A stretch of DNA of 64,000 bases from an uncultured virus (IMG/VR IMGVR_UViG_3300035698_020436) (lineage: Duplodnaviria; Heunggongvirae; Uroviricota; Caudoviricetes). The stretch lies in the IMG/VR virus record IMGVR_UViG_3300035698_020436. One strand, given 5' to 3'. Below, one piece after another: positions 43,871-53,749 of this stretch. Position numbers and translations under genes: made by a program. The notes below the pieces were generated by a model that was not told the DNA's origin, did not search any database, and was given only the letters and a program-made list of their open reading frames with translations. How positions within the stretch are numbered: the first letter of the stretch is position 1; each line of letters begins with the position of its first letter.

Positions 43871-44440
43871 ATGAAATACTACCAAGAAATTACGTTGATC
43901 CCTGACCCTGTTGGGATGCCCCTGAGTTATTTACAGCAACGTCTGTTCTATCAGGTTCATGCAGCCTTGGCTCGTGAACCTGGGGATAATTCCGTGGGTA
44001 TATCTTTCCCTGATTACGATGGGGAAGGATGCCAACTGGGAAATAAAATAAGGTTGTTAGCTCCGACTGAGGATATTTTAAAAAACCTTCAACTTCGACA
44101 CCTACTTCTCAGGTTAAGTGATTATTCTCATTTGTCAGATATCCGACAGGTGCCTGAGAAAATTGAAAGCTATGCTTTTTTTCGTCGGGTTCAACCGAAA
44201 ACCAGCCTTGGCAGCATAGCTCGTCGAAAAGCTAGACGTGAAGGGATTACAGTTGATGAAGCCTTGAATCTTTTAGGACCACCTAAAAAAACACCCAAAC
44301 TCCCCGCTGTTTCAATGGAGAGTAAAAGTTCAGGTCAACAATATCCTTTGTTTGTTTCCCGAGTTTTATCTGATGAGCCAGCTACGGGGTCATACAGTAC
44401 GTATGGATTGAGTTCCACAGGTACTGTACCTTTATTTTAA
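43871..44440 (+). CDS. cas6f: type I-F Cas6f (Csy4) crRNA endoribonuclease
   Basis: YYQEITL, VH.AL, GISFP.Y, Arg-rich helix, S.SSGQ, YGLS...TVP.F. Confidence 0.93.
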   Translation: MKYYQEITLIPDPVGMPLSYLQQRLFYQVHAALAREPGDNSVGISFPDYDGEGCQLGNKIRLLAPTEDILKNLQLRHLLLRLSDYSHLSDIRQVPEKIESYAFFRRVQPKTSLGSIARRKARREGITVDEALNLLGPPKKTPKLPAVSMESKSSGQQYPLFVSRVLSDEPATGSYSTYGLSSTGTVPLF

Positions 44441-44558
44441 TCAAAACAAAAAACCTAAGTGGTTATGGCTACTTAGGTTTTTTGCTTTTAACATTGGTAA
44501 AAACATGTAATCATGTATAGGTCTTTGAAAACTCAATAGTTTTATGATTTATGCTCCT
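44441..44558 (+). promoter_or_regulatory. CRISPR leader
   Basis: AT-rich region between cas6f and the most conserved end of the array. Confidence 0.7.
44447..44484 (+). terminator. hairpin after cas6f (probable terminator)
   Basis: CAAAAAACCTAAGT...ACTTAGGTTTTTTG inverted repeat. Confidence 0.6.
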
Positions 44559-46490
44559 GTGAACTGCCGAGTAGGCAGCTTAGAATAACAGTTTGTACCG
44601 GTATTGTTTGGCAGATGTGTGAACTGCCGAGTAGGCAGCTTAGAATCTGCTCTGGAAATTTTGAGTATCCATACTGCCGTGAACTGCCGAGTAGGCAGCT
44701 TAGAATTGTTTGATTTTCTGACTCATTCCACCGAACGGGTGAACTGCCGAGTAGGCAGCTTAGAATTGTTTTGTCGAACCGACATTGATTTTTGAAAAGT
44801 GAACTGCCGAGTAGGCAGCTTAGAATTGGAGGTCAGAAAGGAAACGGTAACTATGTCTAGTTAACTGCCGAGTAGGCAGCTTAGAATTCAGACAATAATT
44901 CAAGAAAGTATCAATTAAAGTGAACTGCCGAGTAGGCAGCTTAGAATTGGAAAACCATAGAATCAGAGAAGCTGGATTCGTGAACTGCCGAGTAGGCAGC
45001 TTAGAATACATGTGTCGTAACCGTGTTCACGAAAAATTCGTGAACTGCCGAATAGGCAGCTTAGAATGGGTAACGATGACGTTGGAAAATGTAGACAGAG
45101 GTACACTGCCGAACAGGCAGCTTAGAATGACAGGTCGCATCGTGAATTTCTGGATCTGAAGTTAACTGCCGAGTAGGCAGCTTAGAATATTGATATTGAT
45201 GCTAATAACGGCAGTGATGAGTGAACTGCTGAATAAGCAGCTTAGAATACAAGTCACAATATTGGATTAGCAAGCACATAGTTAACTGCCGAATAGGTAG
45301 TTTAGAATTTGCTTTTTTGTGACTGTACCTAGAACCTGTGGTTAACTGCCGAGTAGGCAGCTTAGAATCGAAGAACACGTCGGATCTCCCTGAAAATATC
45401 GTGAACTGCCGAACAGGCAGCTTAGAATAGTTCATCACACAAGGCCATTAGCTCGTCCACCGTTAACTGCTGAACAGGTAGTTTAGAATACAGGGAATCT
45501 GCGGACTTTGCCAACCTTGATGTAAACTGCCGAATAGGCAGCTTAGAATTGGTCAACCGAACTACACAAAATGTCTTTTGCATGAACTGCCGAGTAGGTA
45601 GTTTAGAATTGTCCTGAAATGCCTGTTGTCACAAATGAGATGTTAACTGCCGAATAGGCAGTTTAGAATTATGTGGGATCAAAGCTCTCCCAAGGGTGGG
45701 TGTTAACTGCCGAGCAGGCAGCTTAGAATCATGTATAAGTTGCTCTCAATCCACAATTTAGGTGAACTGCTGGATAAGTAGTTTAGAATAATTTAATCAG
45801 GTCATTCATAACGGCCATTTTAGTTAACTGCCGAATAGGCAGCTTAGAATTCTTGTTGGATGCAAGTGTCTTATCAACATTTGTTAACTGCCGAATAGGC
45901 AGCTTAGAATTGAGACAGATCCCAAAGCTGAAATCGAATCCAGTGAACTGCCGAACAGGCAGCTTAGAATAAGGAACAGAAGCAGCTAGTTCAATTGGTA
46001 CTGTTAACTGCCGAACAGACAGCTTAGAATGAAATTCCTTCATCCACATATTCGGCAACTATGTGAACTGCCGAACAGGTAGTTTAGAATTTTATGGAAC
46101 TCACTACGACCGCCAGACCGGATCGTGAGCTGCCGAATAGGTAGTTTAGAATCTATTGACACCAAAGCAGATTGAATCCGCGGGAACTGCCGAATAGGCA
46201 GCTTAGAATGATGAAACTCTATGACGAGGAACGAGTGGAGGGTGAACTGCTGAATAAGCAGCTTAGAATACAATCGAATCAATGCCGTCTAAAAGCTCCG
46301 CAGGAACTGCTGGATAAGCAGCTTAGAGTTCGTATGGAGTAACCGTGAAAAACTGCCGGACAGGTAGTTTAGAATTTAGAAATAAGGGTGTGGCATTGAA
46401 GCCGAGTGAAAACTGCCGAATAGGCAGCTTAGAATAAGCACATCAGCTATGTTAAACCGCACTGCGTGAACTGCTGAATAAGTAGCTTAG
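44559..46490 (+). CRISPR. type I-F CRISPR array, 33 repeats and 32 spacers
   Basis: 28-bp repeat GTGAACTGCCGAGTAGGCAGCTTAGAAT with CTGCC/GGCAG stem; mostly 32-33-nt spacers; degenerate distal end. Confidence 0.97.
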
Positions 46491-46526
46491 CTTAGTTTCC
46501 AAAAGTTGTGGGTTGTTGGGGTAGAA
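46489..46526 (+). promoter_or_regulatory. 38-bp element copy 20, overlapping the last CRISPR repeat
   Basis: AGCTTAGTTT-CCAAAAGT-TGTGGGTTGTTG-GGGTAGAA. Confidence 0.75.
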
Positions 46527-46561
46527 GTAATTAACAATCTTAACCTATTTGGAGATAGAAC

Positions 46562-48109
46562 ATGGCCAAAACAATCATTGATAGTGTTACTTTAAATTTT
46601 ACTGACCTTACCGGTGCCAAGACAGGCTGTACCAAACTCGGTTCCAACAAATTCTGGAAGGGCTGGGTTGAAGACCTTGGAGACGGCACAGGCAATTTCG
46701 AGTGTTGCTGGGGTGCTACAGGCACACCAGGTAAAGACACCGGAAGCAAACGAGGTATTGACCTTGATGATGCCCAAACCTTGCTCAATAAGAAAGTTAA
46801 ATCAAAAGTAAAAAAAGGTTATACCCTCCTTGAAGTTCGTTCCGATGAGGAAGAGGTGGCCAAGGCTGCTGACAACGGTGTAAACCTCACTGCTGACAAG
46901 AAAGCCCCCAAAAAGAAAAAAGCTGTCAAGAAATCAACTTTCAATCCTGCTATCGGAAACTTGCTGGCTACCATCTATAATGAAACCAGCCGTGTTGTCA
47001 CAGCAGGTCTTTCCTCTCAGGCTGGCTCATCTGCTGATAACCCTATAGGTAACCTGTCTGATGCCCAGTTAGACGTAGGTGGTGGCATTTTGGACGATAT
47101 AGAGGCATTCCTGACACAGGAACTTGGCCATGAAGACACAGCTAACCGTGTTCAAACCTTGGCTTTGTCTGCTGATGGTGTACCTTCTGATGGTGTCATT
47201 GATTTGACTAATCAGTACATGTCGAATGTTCCGAGAGAAATTGACCGTTCACAAAGAGGTAGAGGCAACCTGCATCGTCTGGTTATTTCATCCTTTGAAC
47301 GCTTGGAAGAGCAACGAAAGTTTTTACAGTTGCTTCGTGATGCTCACCTGACCAAAGGTGTCTTTAAAGCTGCTGCTAATGCTTCTACAGGTGGTAAAGA
47401 ACAGATTTGGTATGAAGGCCTCAATTGCCTTATCGAATTGTGTGAGTCTGGATCAGCCGAATTCAAGAAAGTGTCAGACATATTCAACAACAACCAATCT
47501 CGTAAAAACCAGAACTGGTTCAGTGGTGGACGTTCTACTCTCCGCTTGAAACGGATTTTCAAGTTCACTCGTAATGGTACAGACAAACAGTTTGCCAAGT
47601 ATGCTAAAGAGATGGCTTCCAAGCCCAATGCAGTCGGCAATATTTTTGCTTGGCACGGCACACGTACTGAGAACCTTCTCGGTATCAGTAAAACTGGCCT
47701 CTTGATGCCTGAAAACTTGCCTCGTGGTATCCACGTATCAGGTAAAGCTTTCGGCAAAGGGATTTATCACGCCCCTGATATTTCAAAAATAAGAACCATT
47801 CACGGTGTGCAAACAGATGGTACGAATGGAGCTTTGAAGTCTATGAACTATACCTCTTCAAGGGGAGCTTATTACGGTTCAAATAACACTTCAAATTCGG
47901 CCTTCATGTACCTGCAGGAAGTTGCTTTAGGTAACGGTGATGTTCATACAGCCCCTTGCTGGGACAAACACCGTCCGAATAACTACCCGAAGAACGATTT
48001 CATTTATGCAGCAGCCGGCGGTTGTAGCACGTTATCCCATGATGAATTGGTAACTTTTTCTCAGGATGCTCAAATATTCCGCTATTTGCTTGAGATTGAA
48101 GCAAGATAA
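46562..48109 (+). CDS. PARP-like ADP-ribosyltransferase (WGR-like, helical regulatory and catalytic domains)
   Basis: NKFW...WGATG...K.K.KKGY; PIGNLS..QL...LTNQY...VP; WHGT, GKAFGKGIY, S.NY, EVALG, DELV. Confidence 0.85.
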   Translation: MAKTIIDSVTLNFTDLTGAKTGCTKLGSNKFWKGWVEDLGDGTGNFECCWGATGTPGKDTGSKRGIDLDDAQTLLNKKVKSKVKKGYTLLEVRSDEEEVAKAADNGVNLTADKKAPKKKKAVKKSTFNPAIGNLLATIYNETSRVVTAGLSSQAGSSADNPIGNLSDAQLDVGGGILDDIEAFLTQELGHEDTANRVQTLALSADGVPSDGVIDLTNQYMSNVPREIDRSQRGRGNLHRLVISSFERLEEQRKFLQLLRDAHLTKGVFKAAANASTGGKEQIWYEGLNCLIELCESGSAEFKKVSDIFNNNQSRKNQNWFSGGRSTLRLKRIFKFTRNGTDKQFAKYAKEMASKPNAVGNIFAWHGTRTENLLGISKTGLLMPENLPRGIHVSGKAFGKGIYHAPDISKIRTIHGVQTDGTNGALKSMNYTSSRGAYYGSNNTSNSAFMYLQEVALGNGDVHTAPCWDKHRPNNYPKNDFIYAAAGGCSTLSHDELVTFSQDAQIFRYLLEIEAR

Positions 48110-48140
48110 ATCCAGCTATTTCCATTTTGGAAACAGTTGA

Positions 48141-48170
48141 TCCCTGCCTTTACGGGCGGGGGTTTTTTTT
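48141..48170 (+). terminator. intrinsic terminator
   Basis: CCCTGCCT-TTAC-GGGCGGGG followed by a T8 run, directly before element copy 21. Confidence 0.8.
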
Positions 48171-48208
48171 GGCTTAGTTTCTAATTTTTGTGGGTTGTTG
48201 TAGTAAGA
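48171..48208 (+). promoter_or_regulatory. 38-bp element copy 21
   Basis: perfect consensus. Confidence 0.75.
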
Positions 48209-48563
48209 AGGCAATGATGCCTGATAAGTTGGTTGAAGCAAGATAAACAGGAGGATACTGTAATGACTAATTCAAAAAATGCTCAGAAGTTTGCCTCGTT
48301 TACCTATGCCGAGCAAAAAGAACTTTCAAATGCTCTTAGACACCACTTGAGTGAGTGTCAGGTACGAGAAGAATCTCAACGGGATGATGATCCGATCAAA
48401 CTCTTTGCGGAAAGTCTTCAAAATGTCTGTAAAGATAAATTTGTAGATTTAAGCCCTGCTGCTGCTCTGGAAAAAACTACCCACGAGACAGCAAAAGAGC
48501 GGATTACTCGTGTAGCATTGATGAGCAATGCTTTGTCCTATGCTTTAAAAGAGGGTATCAATA

Positions 48564-48941
48564 ATGAGACTTAAAAAAGGTGAAAAAAGGCACATAAACC
48601 CAGATGGTAATATTGGTGGGAAAGTTAGTTTCGGTTCTTTTGTTTCGAAAGATTCCTTTATATCATATGATTCTATAGTCCAATCAGGGTCTACAGTAAA
48701 AGAGAAGTCCACGGTAATACAATCTACTATTTCGGGTAAATCAATTATTCGGAATAATAGTTTTGTACGACGGTATGTTGTTTGGGAACAGTCTATTGTA
48801 GATAATAGTAATGTAGATAATTCTTCAACTAATAAGGAAGAAATACACACATCCATTATACAAAATTCACAAGTGGCTAATTGCAGCCTTGTGAATTGCT
48901 ACGGTATTAAAAATATGGAAATTAAAAAGGTAACAAAATGA
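48564..48941 (+). CDS. beta-helix repeat protein
   Basis: periodic S-[IV]-[IV]-x-x repeats; AT-rich. Confidence 0.55.
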   Translation: MRLKKGEKRHINPDGNIGGKVSFGSFVSKDSFISYDSIVQSGSTVKEKSTVIQSTISGKSIIRNNSFVRRYVVWEQSIVDNSNVDNSSTNKEEIHTSIIQNSQVANCSLVNCYGIKNMEIKKVTK

Positions 48942-51442
48942 TAAAAACGGAACAGTTTATCAACCAGCTTACTAAAGCCTTGGTTGAAAAAGACGTTGAG
49001 AATGTTTACCGCCAGTTATTCCAAATGGGGATACCTGACAGTGTGATTACTTCTCCCTATGGTGGTGATGGTATGTTGAAAAGTAAAGCTGAGAACCTGA
49101 TAGCTCTACTTGAATTCAAATATGACTATGACTTCACCAGTCGTAAAGACACCATCAAAGTTCTGATACAGGCTTTATACTATCTTAAAAAGGCTGAGTC
49201 TGCCGGGGATATCCTTCCTTCAATTGTTTTTGTCGGGGATAAAAACGAATGCTTTGTTATTCATTTGAATAGCCTTCAAAAGTATTTGGATGCTGATATT
49301 GATTGGACGATTGCCCCTTCAAGTGCTGGGGTTAAAAACCCAGAACTGACATTGGAAATGTTCAATGATAAAGAAGTGAACCCTTTCGTATTTGATGTAG
49401 GTAAAGGGTTCGATTTCTCAGAAGTTGTCAACAAAATACTGGACTTGAACAGTAATGTCGTTCGGTTGGTTCGTATCACTGAGAAAAACATCAATAACAT
49501 CTTTGAATATTTCGTTGGGAAAGTCTTGGTGACCTCAAAGAAGCTGGACACCAATGCTCAAGTAAGCCTGTTCATCAATATCCTGACCAATCCTGATGAG
49601 AACTACATCCATCCGAAAAAGAAAAACACCCTGATTACACCTGCCGGTGAAATTACAGTTAAAGGTGCAAAGTTTGCATCCTTCTTCTCTCACTTTGAAC
49701 GGGAATACAAGCCCTCAGAGAAAGAGAACCTGATAGCTATTTCCGACCGGTTAATTGAGGACGAAACCCGCCGGAGAGAGGGTGCATTTTTCACCCCAAC
49801 AATCTGGGTAGATGAAGCTCATAAAATGATTACGGAGCAATTCGGCTCGGATTGGAAAGAGAAGTATGTTGTTTGGGATTGTGCCTGTGGAACAGGTAAT
49901 TTGACTCGTGATTATAAATTCAAGGAATTATATTGTTCTACCTTGGTGCAAGAAGAAATTGATATGATGATTCAGAATAGGATTAATCCTGAAGCTGTAA
50001 AGTTTAAATATGATTTTTTGCAGGATGTACCTGAAGGGGTTGTCACAGGTTTTGGTGGTGGTTGGGAAGAGAAATTACCTGAAGGTCTGGTTAAAGCCCT
50101 TGATGAAGGCAAACCTATGATTATGTTGATCAACCCTCCTTATGGTACAGCAAGTAATCGAGACGAATCTTCTAAAAAAGGAGTTGCTTTTAACCAGGTG
50201 AATGCTGAAATGAAAGCTGATAAATTAGGAGCTTGTTCCCAGCAACTTTATGCACAATTCATGTATAAAATTGCTCGTATTAAAGAGCATTACAGTCTAG
50301 CAGATATGAATGTGGCTATTTTCAATAAGCCAAACTTTTTAACCGCCCCCACCTACAAGAAATTCCGTTCTTTTTGGGTTAGCCAATTCAGAATGAAAAA
50401 AGGGATGTTGTTTCAAGCTAGTAATTTCTCGGATGTTTCCACTCAGTGGGGGATTCTGTTTAGTATCTGGAAATCAGGAGGTTATGGAAAATATATGACC
50501 TGGGTTCAGGCTGATGTTAAAGAACAGGTTCCTGTTAAAGGCTTGGGTTTGAATACCATCCAAACGATAGGTACAAAAGATTTTGATAATATGGACAATA
50601 ACTACCCTGCTTCAAAGTGGGTCAGGGAAGAAACCAAAAATGATAGAGTATCTTTTAAATATGTCTTATGTTTAAAGTCATCTATAAATATAGGAAACAA
50701 GATCAAAACTCTTCCTATAAATGCTTTTGGGACTTTCATATCCGATACAAATACTGTTTATCAAAACTCACAAGGGGTAGTAATACTTAACACACGAAAT
50801 TCTGCAAATCAGGGTTCTTTACCTATAATCCCTGAGAATTTCCGCAAGGTTTGCTCCCTCTTTACAGCCCGTAAAACCATAACAGGGAAATATGCCAACT
50901 GGATAAACGACAAGGATGAATATAAAAGACCAAACCAAACCCACGATGATTATGAACAATGGAACAACGATGCTATTATTTATTCTTTGTTTCACTCAGC
51001 CTCAAACCAGTCTTCACTCAGAGATATCACGTACAAAGATAAGCAGTGGGATATTGAAAACGAATGGTTCTGGATGTCTATTGAATCAATCAAAGGGTTG
51101 GCCAATGAACACTCCAATCAGGCCGTCTATGACGACTGTAAGGCTAAAGGCAAGGAAAGGCATGTTTGTACCCTCCTGAAGGATTTAAAGCTCTCTGACG
51201 ATGCCTCAGACCTTTTAGTTGAGGCCAACAAATTGGTCGAGAAATCTTTCAAGTTCCGTGAAATGATGAATGAAGAACACCCTGAATATCACCTCAACTC
51301 CTGGGACGCTGGCTGGTATCAGATCGTCAAGATCCTCAAGGAATACCTGCCTGATGACCTGAAAGAGTTCCGTTTAGGGTATAAGAAGCTGGAGGATAGA
51401 CTCCGAAGTGGAGTTTATCAGTTTGGTTTCTTGAGGATGTAA
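48938..51442 (+). CDS. fused restriction-modification-like protein (PD-(D/E)xK-like N-terminus plus amino-methyltransferase; type IIG/IIC-like)
   Basis: GDG...LLEFK; GAFFTP; WDCACGTG (motif I); INPPY (motif IV). Confidence 0.75.
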   Translation: MIKTEQFINQLTKALVEKDVENVYRQLFQMGIPDSVITSPYGGDGMLKSKAENLIALLEFKYDYDFTSRKDTIKVLIQALYYLKKAESAGDILPSIVFVGDKNECFVIHLNSLQKYLDADIDWTIAPSSAGVKNPELTLEMFNDKEVNPFVFDVGKGFDFSEVVNKILDLNSNVVRLVRITEKNINNIFEYFVGKVLVTSKKLDTNAQVSLFINILTNPDENYIHPKKKNTLITPAGEITVKGAKFASFFSHFEREYKPSEKENLIAISDRLIEDETRRREGAFFTPTIWVDEAHKMITEQFGSDWKEKYVVWDCACGTGNLTRDYKFKELYCSTLVQEEIDMMIQNRINPEAVKFKYDFLQDVPEGVVTGFGGGWEEKLPEGLVKALDEGKPMIMLINPPYGTASNRDESSKKGVAFNQVNAEMKADKLGACSQQLYAQFMYKIARIKEHYSLADMNVAIFNKPNFLTAPTYKKFRSFWVSQFRMKKGMLFQASNFSDVSTQWGILFSIWKSGGYGKYMTWVQADVKEQVPVKGLGLNTIQTIGTKDFDNMDNNYPASKWVREETKNDRVSFKYVLCLKSSINIGNKIKTLPINAFGTFISDTNTVYQNSQGVVILNTRNSANQGSLPIIPENFRKVCSLFTARKTITGKYANWINDKDEYKRPNQTHDDYEQWNNDAIIYSLFHSASNQSSLRDITYKDKQWDIENEWFWMSIESIKGLANEHSNQAVYDDCKAKGKERHVCTLLKDLKLSDDASDLLVEANKLVEKSFKFREMMNEEHPEYHLNSWDAGWYQIVKILKEYLPDDLKEFRLGYKKLEDRLRSGVYQFGFLRM

Positions 51443-52159
51443 AATGAAACCCTGTAATCAAGAAAACAGATACATGAAAAAGGTAAAATACCGTCCGGCT
51501 AAGGATGGTGAGGTAGTATGCCAGGATTGTTTTCATTTCACATACCACCCATTCCCGAAACCTTGTTGTGTTGATGAAAATAATTTCCACATGTTTTTCT
51601 TAAAAGACCCAGAAAAATATACTTGTAGTAGAAGTCGGCCAGCTTAATTTTCTAAGGAGAAATACAATGAAAAATTTACTATTGAGAGCAGCTGCTATAC
51701 TTATTTTTTCTGTGATGATATTAGTTTTATACTCATATATGACAGCAAATCCAAATAAGTTTAACTTCTCGGCCAAAGAAGCACCCTCTGAAACGATAAT
51801 CTATGCCACAGGTAAAGTGGTAACAGCAACGACATGGAATGCTACTGTTATGGTACTTACACGCCCTCCAAGGGCAGGTGAGCAGCCTGAGAGGCTCACT
51901 TTTACAAAACAGGATACCGATACAATCCACATTCAAGAGAAATTCACCCCGACATTAAATGATGAGGCATTGAAAAACAGAAACGAGCAGACTTTAAAAA
52001 CCTTAAAGAACCTGAAAAAGCTATTACCAAAGAATACCACTGTATCTTATGACCCATCTTTTGGGGGCATTGTGATATTTGCAGAAGGTCGAAGATTTGA
52101 TTTTGGGGTAGCTTCTAATGAAACAATTACCTGTGATGAAACCTCTTTAAAATGATTCT

Positions 52160-52197
52160 GGCTTAGTTTCGGGTAGTAGTGGGTTGTTGTAGTAGAT
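52160..52197 (+). promoter_or_regulatory. 38-bp element copy 22
   Basis: GGCTTAGTTT-CGGGTAGT-AGTGGGTTGTTG-TAGTAGAT. Confidence 0.75.
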
Positions 52198-52245
52198 GAA
52201 AGATGGTCATAACGACCTTTAACCAATTTTTAATAGGAGAAAACT

Positions 52246-53043
52246 ATGTCAAATGCAATTGATTCCCAAACAAACAAAGATGCAATCAAAGCCTCAACCG
52301 ACTGGCGTGAAGCTGCTGTTGATCTAATCAGGTCTGAAATTTCAGAGGGGTTAAGCTTCTCTTCTGGTGAGATAGCTGCAATAATCCGAGTTGTCCGCCC
52401 TGAATTGAAATTCATGGTCAGTAAAGTCGGTGAGCTTATCCGTGATAAATTCCATGATCAAGAGCTTGACCAGTATAACGATGACGGTGACGGTTATCCT
52501 ACATACCCCTATCAGGGTCTGAGGATTGCTCAAGGCTTGTTCCCTGATCGTACCCCTGCTGGAACCGAAGTGTTTGTATATGGTCCTTCTCAAGAAGCCA
52601 TTGATGAACACGATTTCGAAGTTTACATCCCAATCCCAGGTGAAAACCTGAGTGATTACCCTGACCCTGATGTTCAGGCTGCCAGTGTCCCAGCCCCTGC
52701 TGCTTCTCAAGTCGTGAGTGACCGTCTGACAAAAACAGACATCAAAGCTAAAGTCTGGCAGGACAACCGTATGTGTATCCCTCGTAAAGCTTTGGAAGCC
52801 GCAATCTATCTTGGAGACGGAGTCTTGGGTGTTTCCAGTGACGTGTTTGTCTCTCAGACTGATACCGAAATCGTGGTAGTCATGGCTGACCCAAACAGCA
52901 CTGAGTTCAAATCTTACAAGATGTGGGCTACCAGTGGCAGCCGAATTGCTTTTGCCTCTACTGACAAGGATAATCCTTACGTCCCAGGTGAGTACAATTG
53001 CAAAATTGAAGCTGGTAAAATCACTGTAAACCTGAAAGACTAA
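52246..53043 (+). CDS. hypothetical acidic protein
   Basis: strong RBS, element upstream, hairpin downstream. Confidence 0.8.
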   Translation: MSNAIDSQTNKDAIKASTDWREAAVDLIRSEISEGLSFSSGEIAAIIRVVRPELKFMVSKVGELIRDKFHDQELDQYNDDGDGYPTYPYQGLRIAQGLFPDRTPAGTEVFVYGPSQEAIDEHDFEVYIPIPGENLSDYPDPDVQAASVPAPAASQVVSDRLTKTDIKAKVWQDNRMCIPRKALEAAIYLGDGVLGVSSDVFVSQTDTEIVVVMADPNSTEFKSYKMWATSGSRIAFASTDKDNPYVPGEYNCKIEAGKITVNLKD

Positions 53044-53050
53044 ATCCTAA

Positions 53051-53079
53051 CCCCTCCTTGAAAGAGGAGGGGGGGCTTT
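53051..53079 (+). terminator. hairpin, probable terminator
   Basis: CCCCTCCTT-GAAA-GAGGAGGGG. Confidence 0.55.
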
Positions 53080-53749
53080 GGAGGTTATTGAAATGCCTGA
53101 TACAAATGTTGTGGTGCTTGACGCACTTACTGTCTGTGATAACGATATAGGTGTCTGCTGGAAAATACAAGCAACTTATGATTTATCCCAGTTGCCTGTT
53201 AAGTACCACGTCCTAGCTACTCAGTCCATAGTACAGTCACAAGAGACGATAAAAGTATGTGATCGGCTCTCTGATGAAGAAGAACGGAATCTTGAGCTTG
53301 GGTATATCGGTCGTTTATTTCGGTGGGTTTTTGGAGGTGAGTAGTGACTACTGCTACAGTTCCGTTAATTACTCAGGACTTCATCAAATTTACGATGAAA
53401 GATAAATTTCCCGGATGCCGTCTGAGAATTAATGATCGGATGGGTGGTGTAGTTTTAGCCATGACCGTCTGGCATTATGATATATCCCTCTCACTAACTG
53501 AGCAGGAAGTATCTCTCTCCGACAACATTGGGGAGACCATGATGACTTTGACTTATTTGCCCAAGGAACTGAAAGCCGAAAAACCAGCAAAGACAATCAT
53601 TCTTCGTCGGTTAACGACTGATGATCCTGCAAGGGTAGCTCTCTTTATTAAGAATGTGAAAGCTTATATGAGAGGGATCGTATTAGCTATCAACACAGCA
53701 ACCTCAGACCCTGCTGAAAAAGAAGCAGATATCTTTGGTTTCGAGGATA

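Noticed and set aside
44525..44550. IHF site in the CRISPR leader (ACTCAATAGTTTT)
   Set aside because: Two mismatches to WATCAANNNNTTR in AT-rich DNA; plausible position but not supportable by eye
44604..46282. ORFs in the track overlapping the CRISPR array
   Set aside because: They are translations of the repeat (VNCRVGSLE / SKLPTRQ), not genes
44587..46465. Self-targeting spacers within the window
   Set aside because: No match noticed by eye; not exhaustive and needs a computed search
37888..46490. I-F3 CRISPR-associated transposon, since the repeat 5' part resembles the Tn6677 repeat as I recall it
   Set aside because: Cas3 is present, Cas8f and Cas5f are separate, and no tniQ/tnsABC or Tn7 ends were seen
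51641..51660. AGCTTAATTT upstream of 51667 as a 24th element
   Set aside because: Second box TGTGGGTTGTTG is absent
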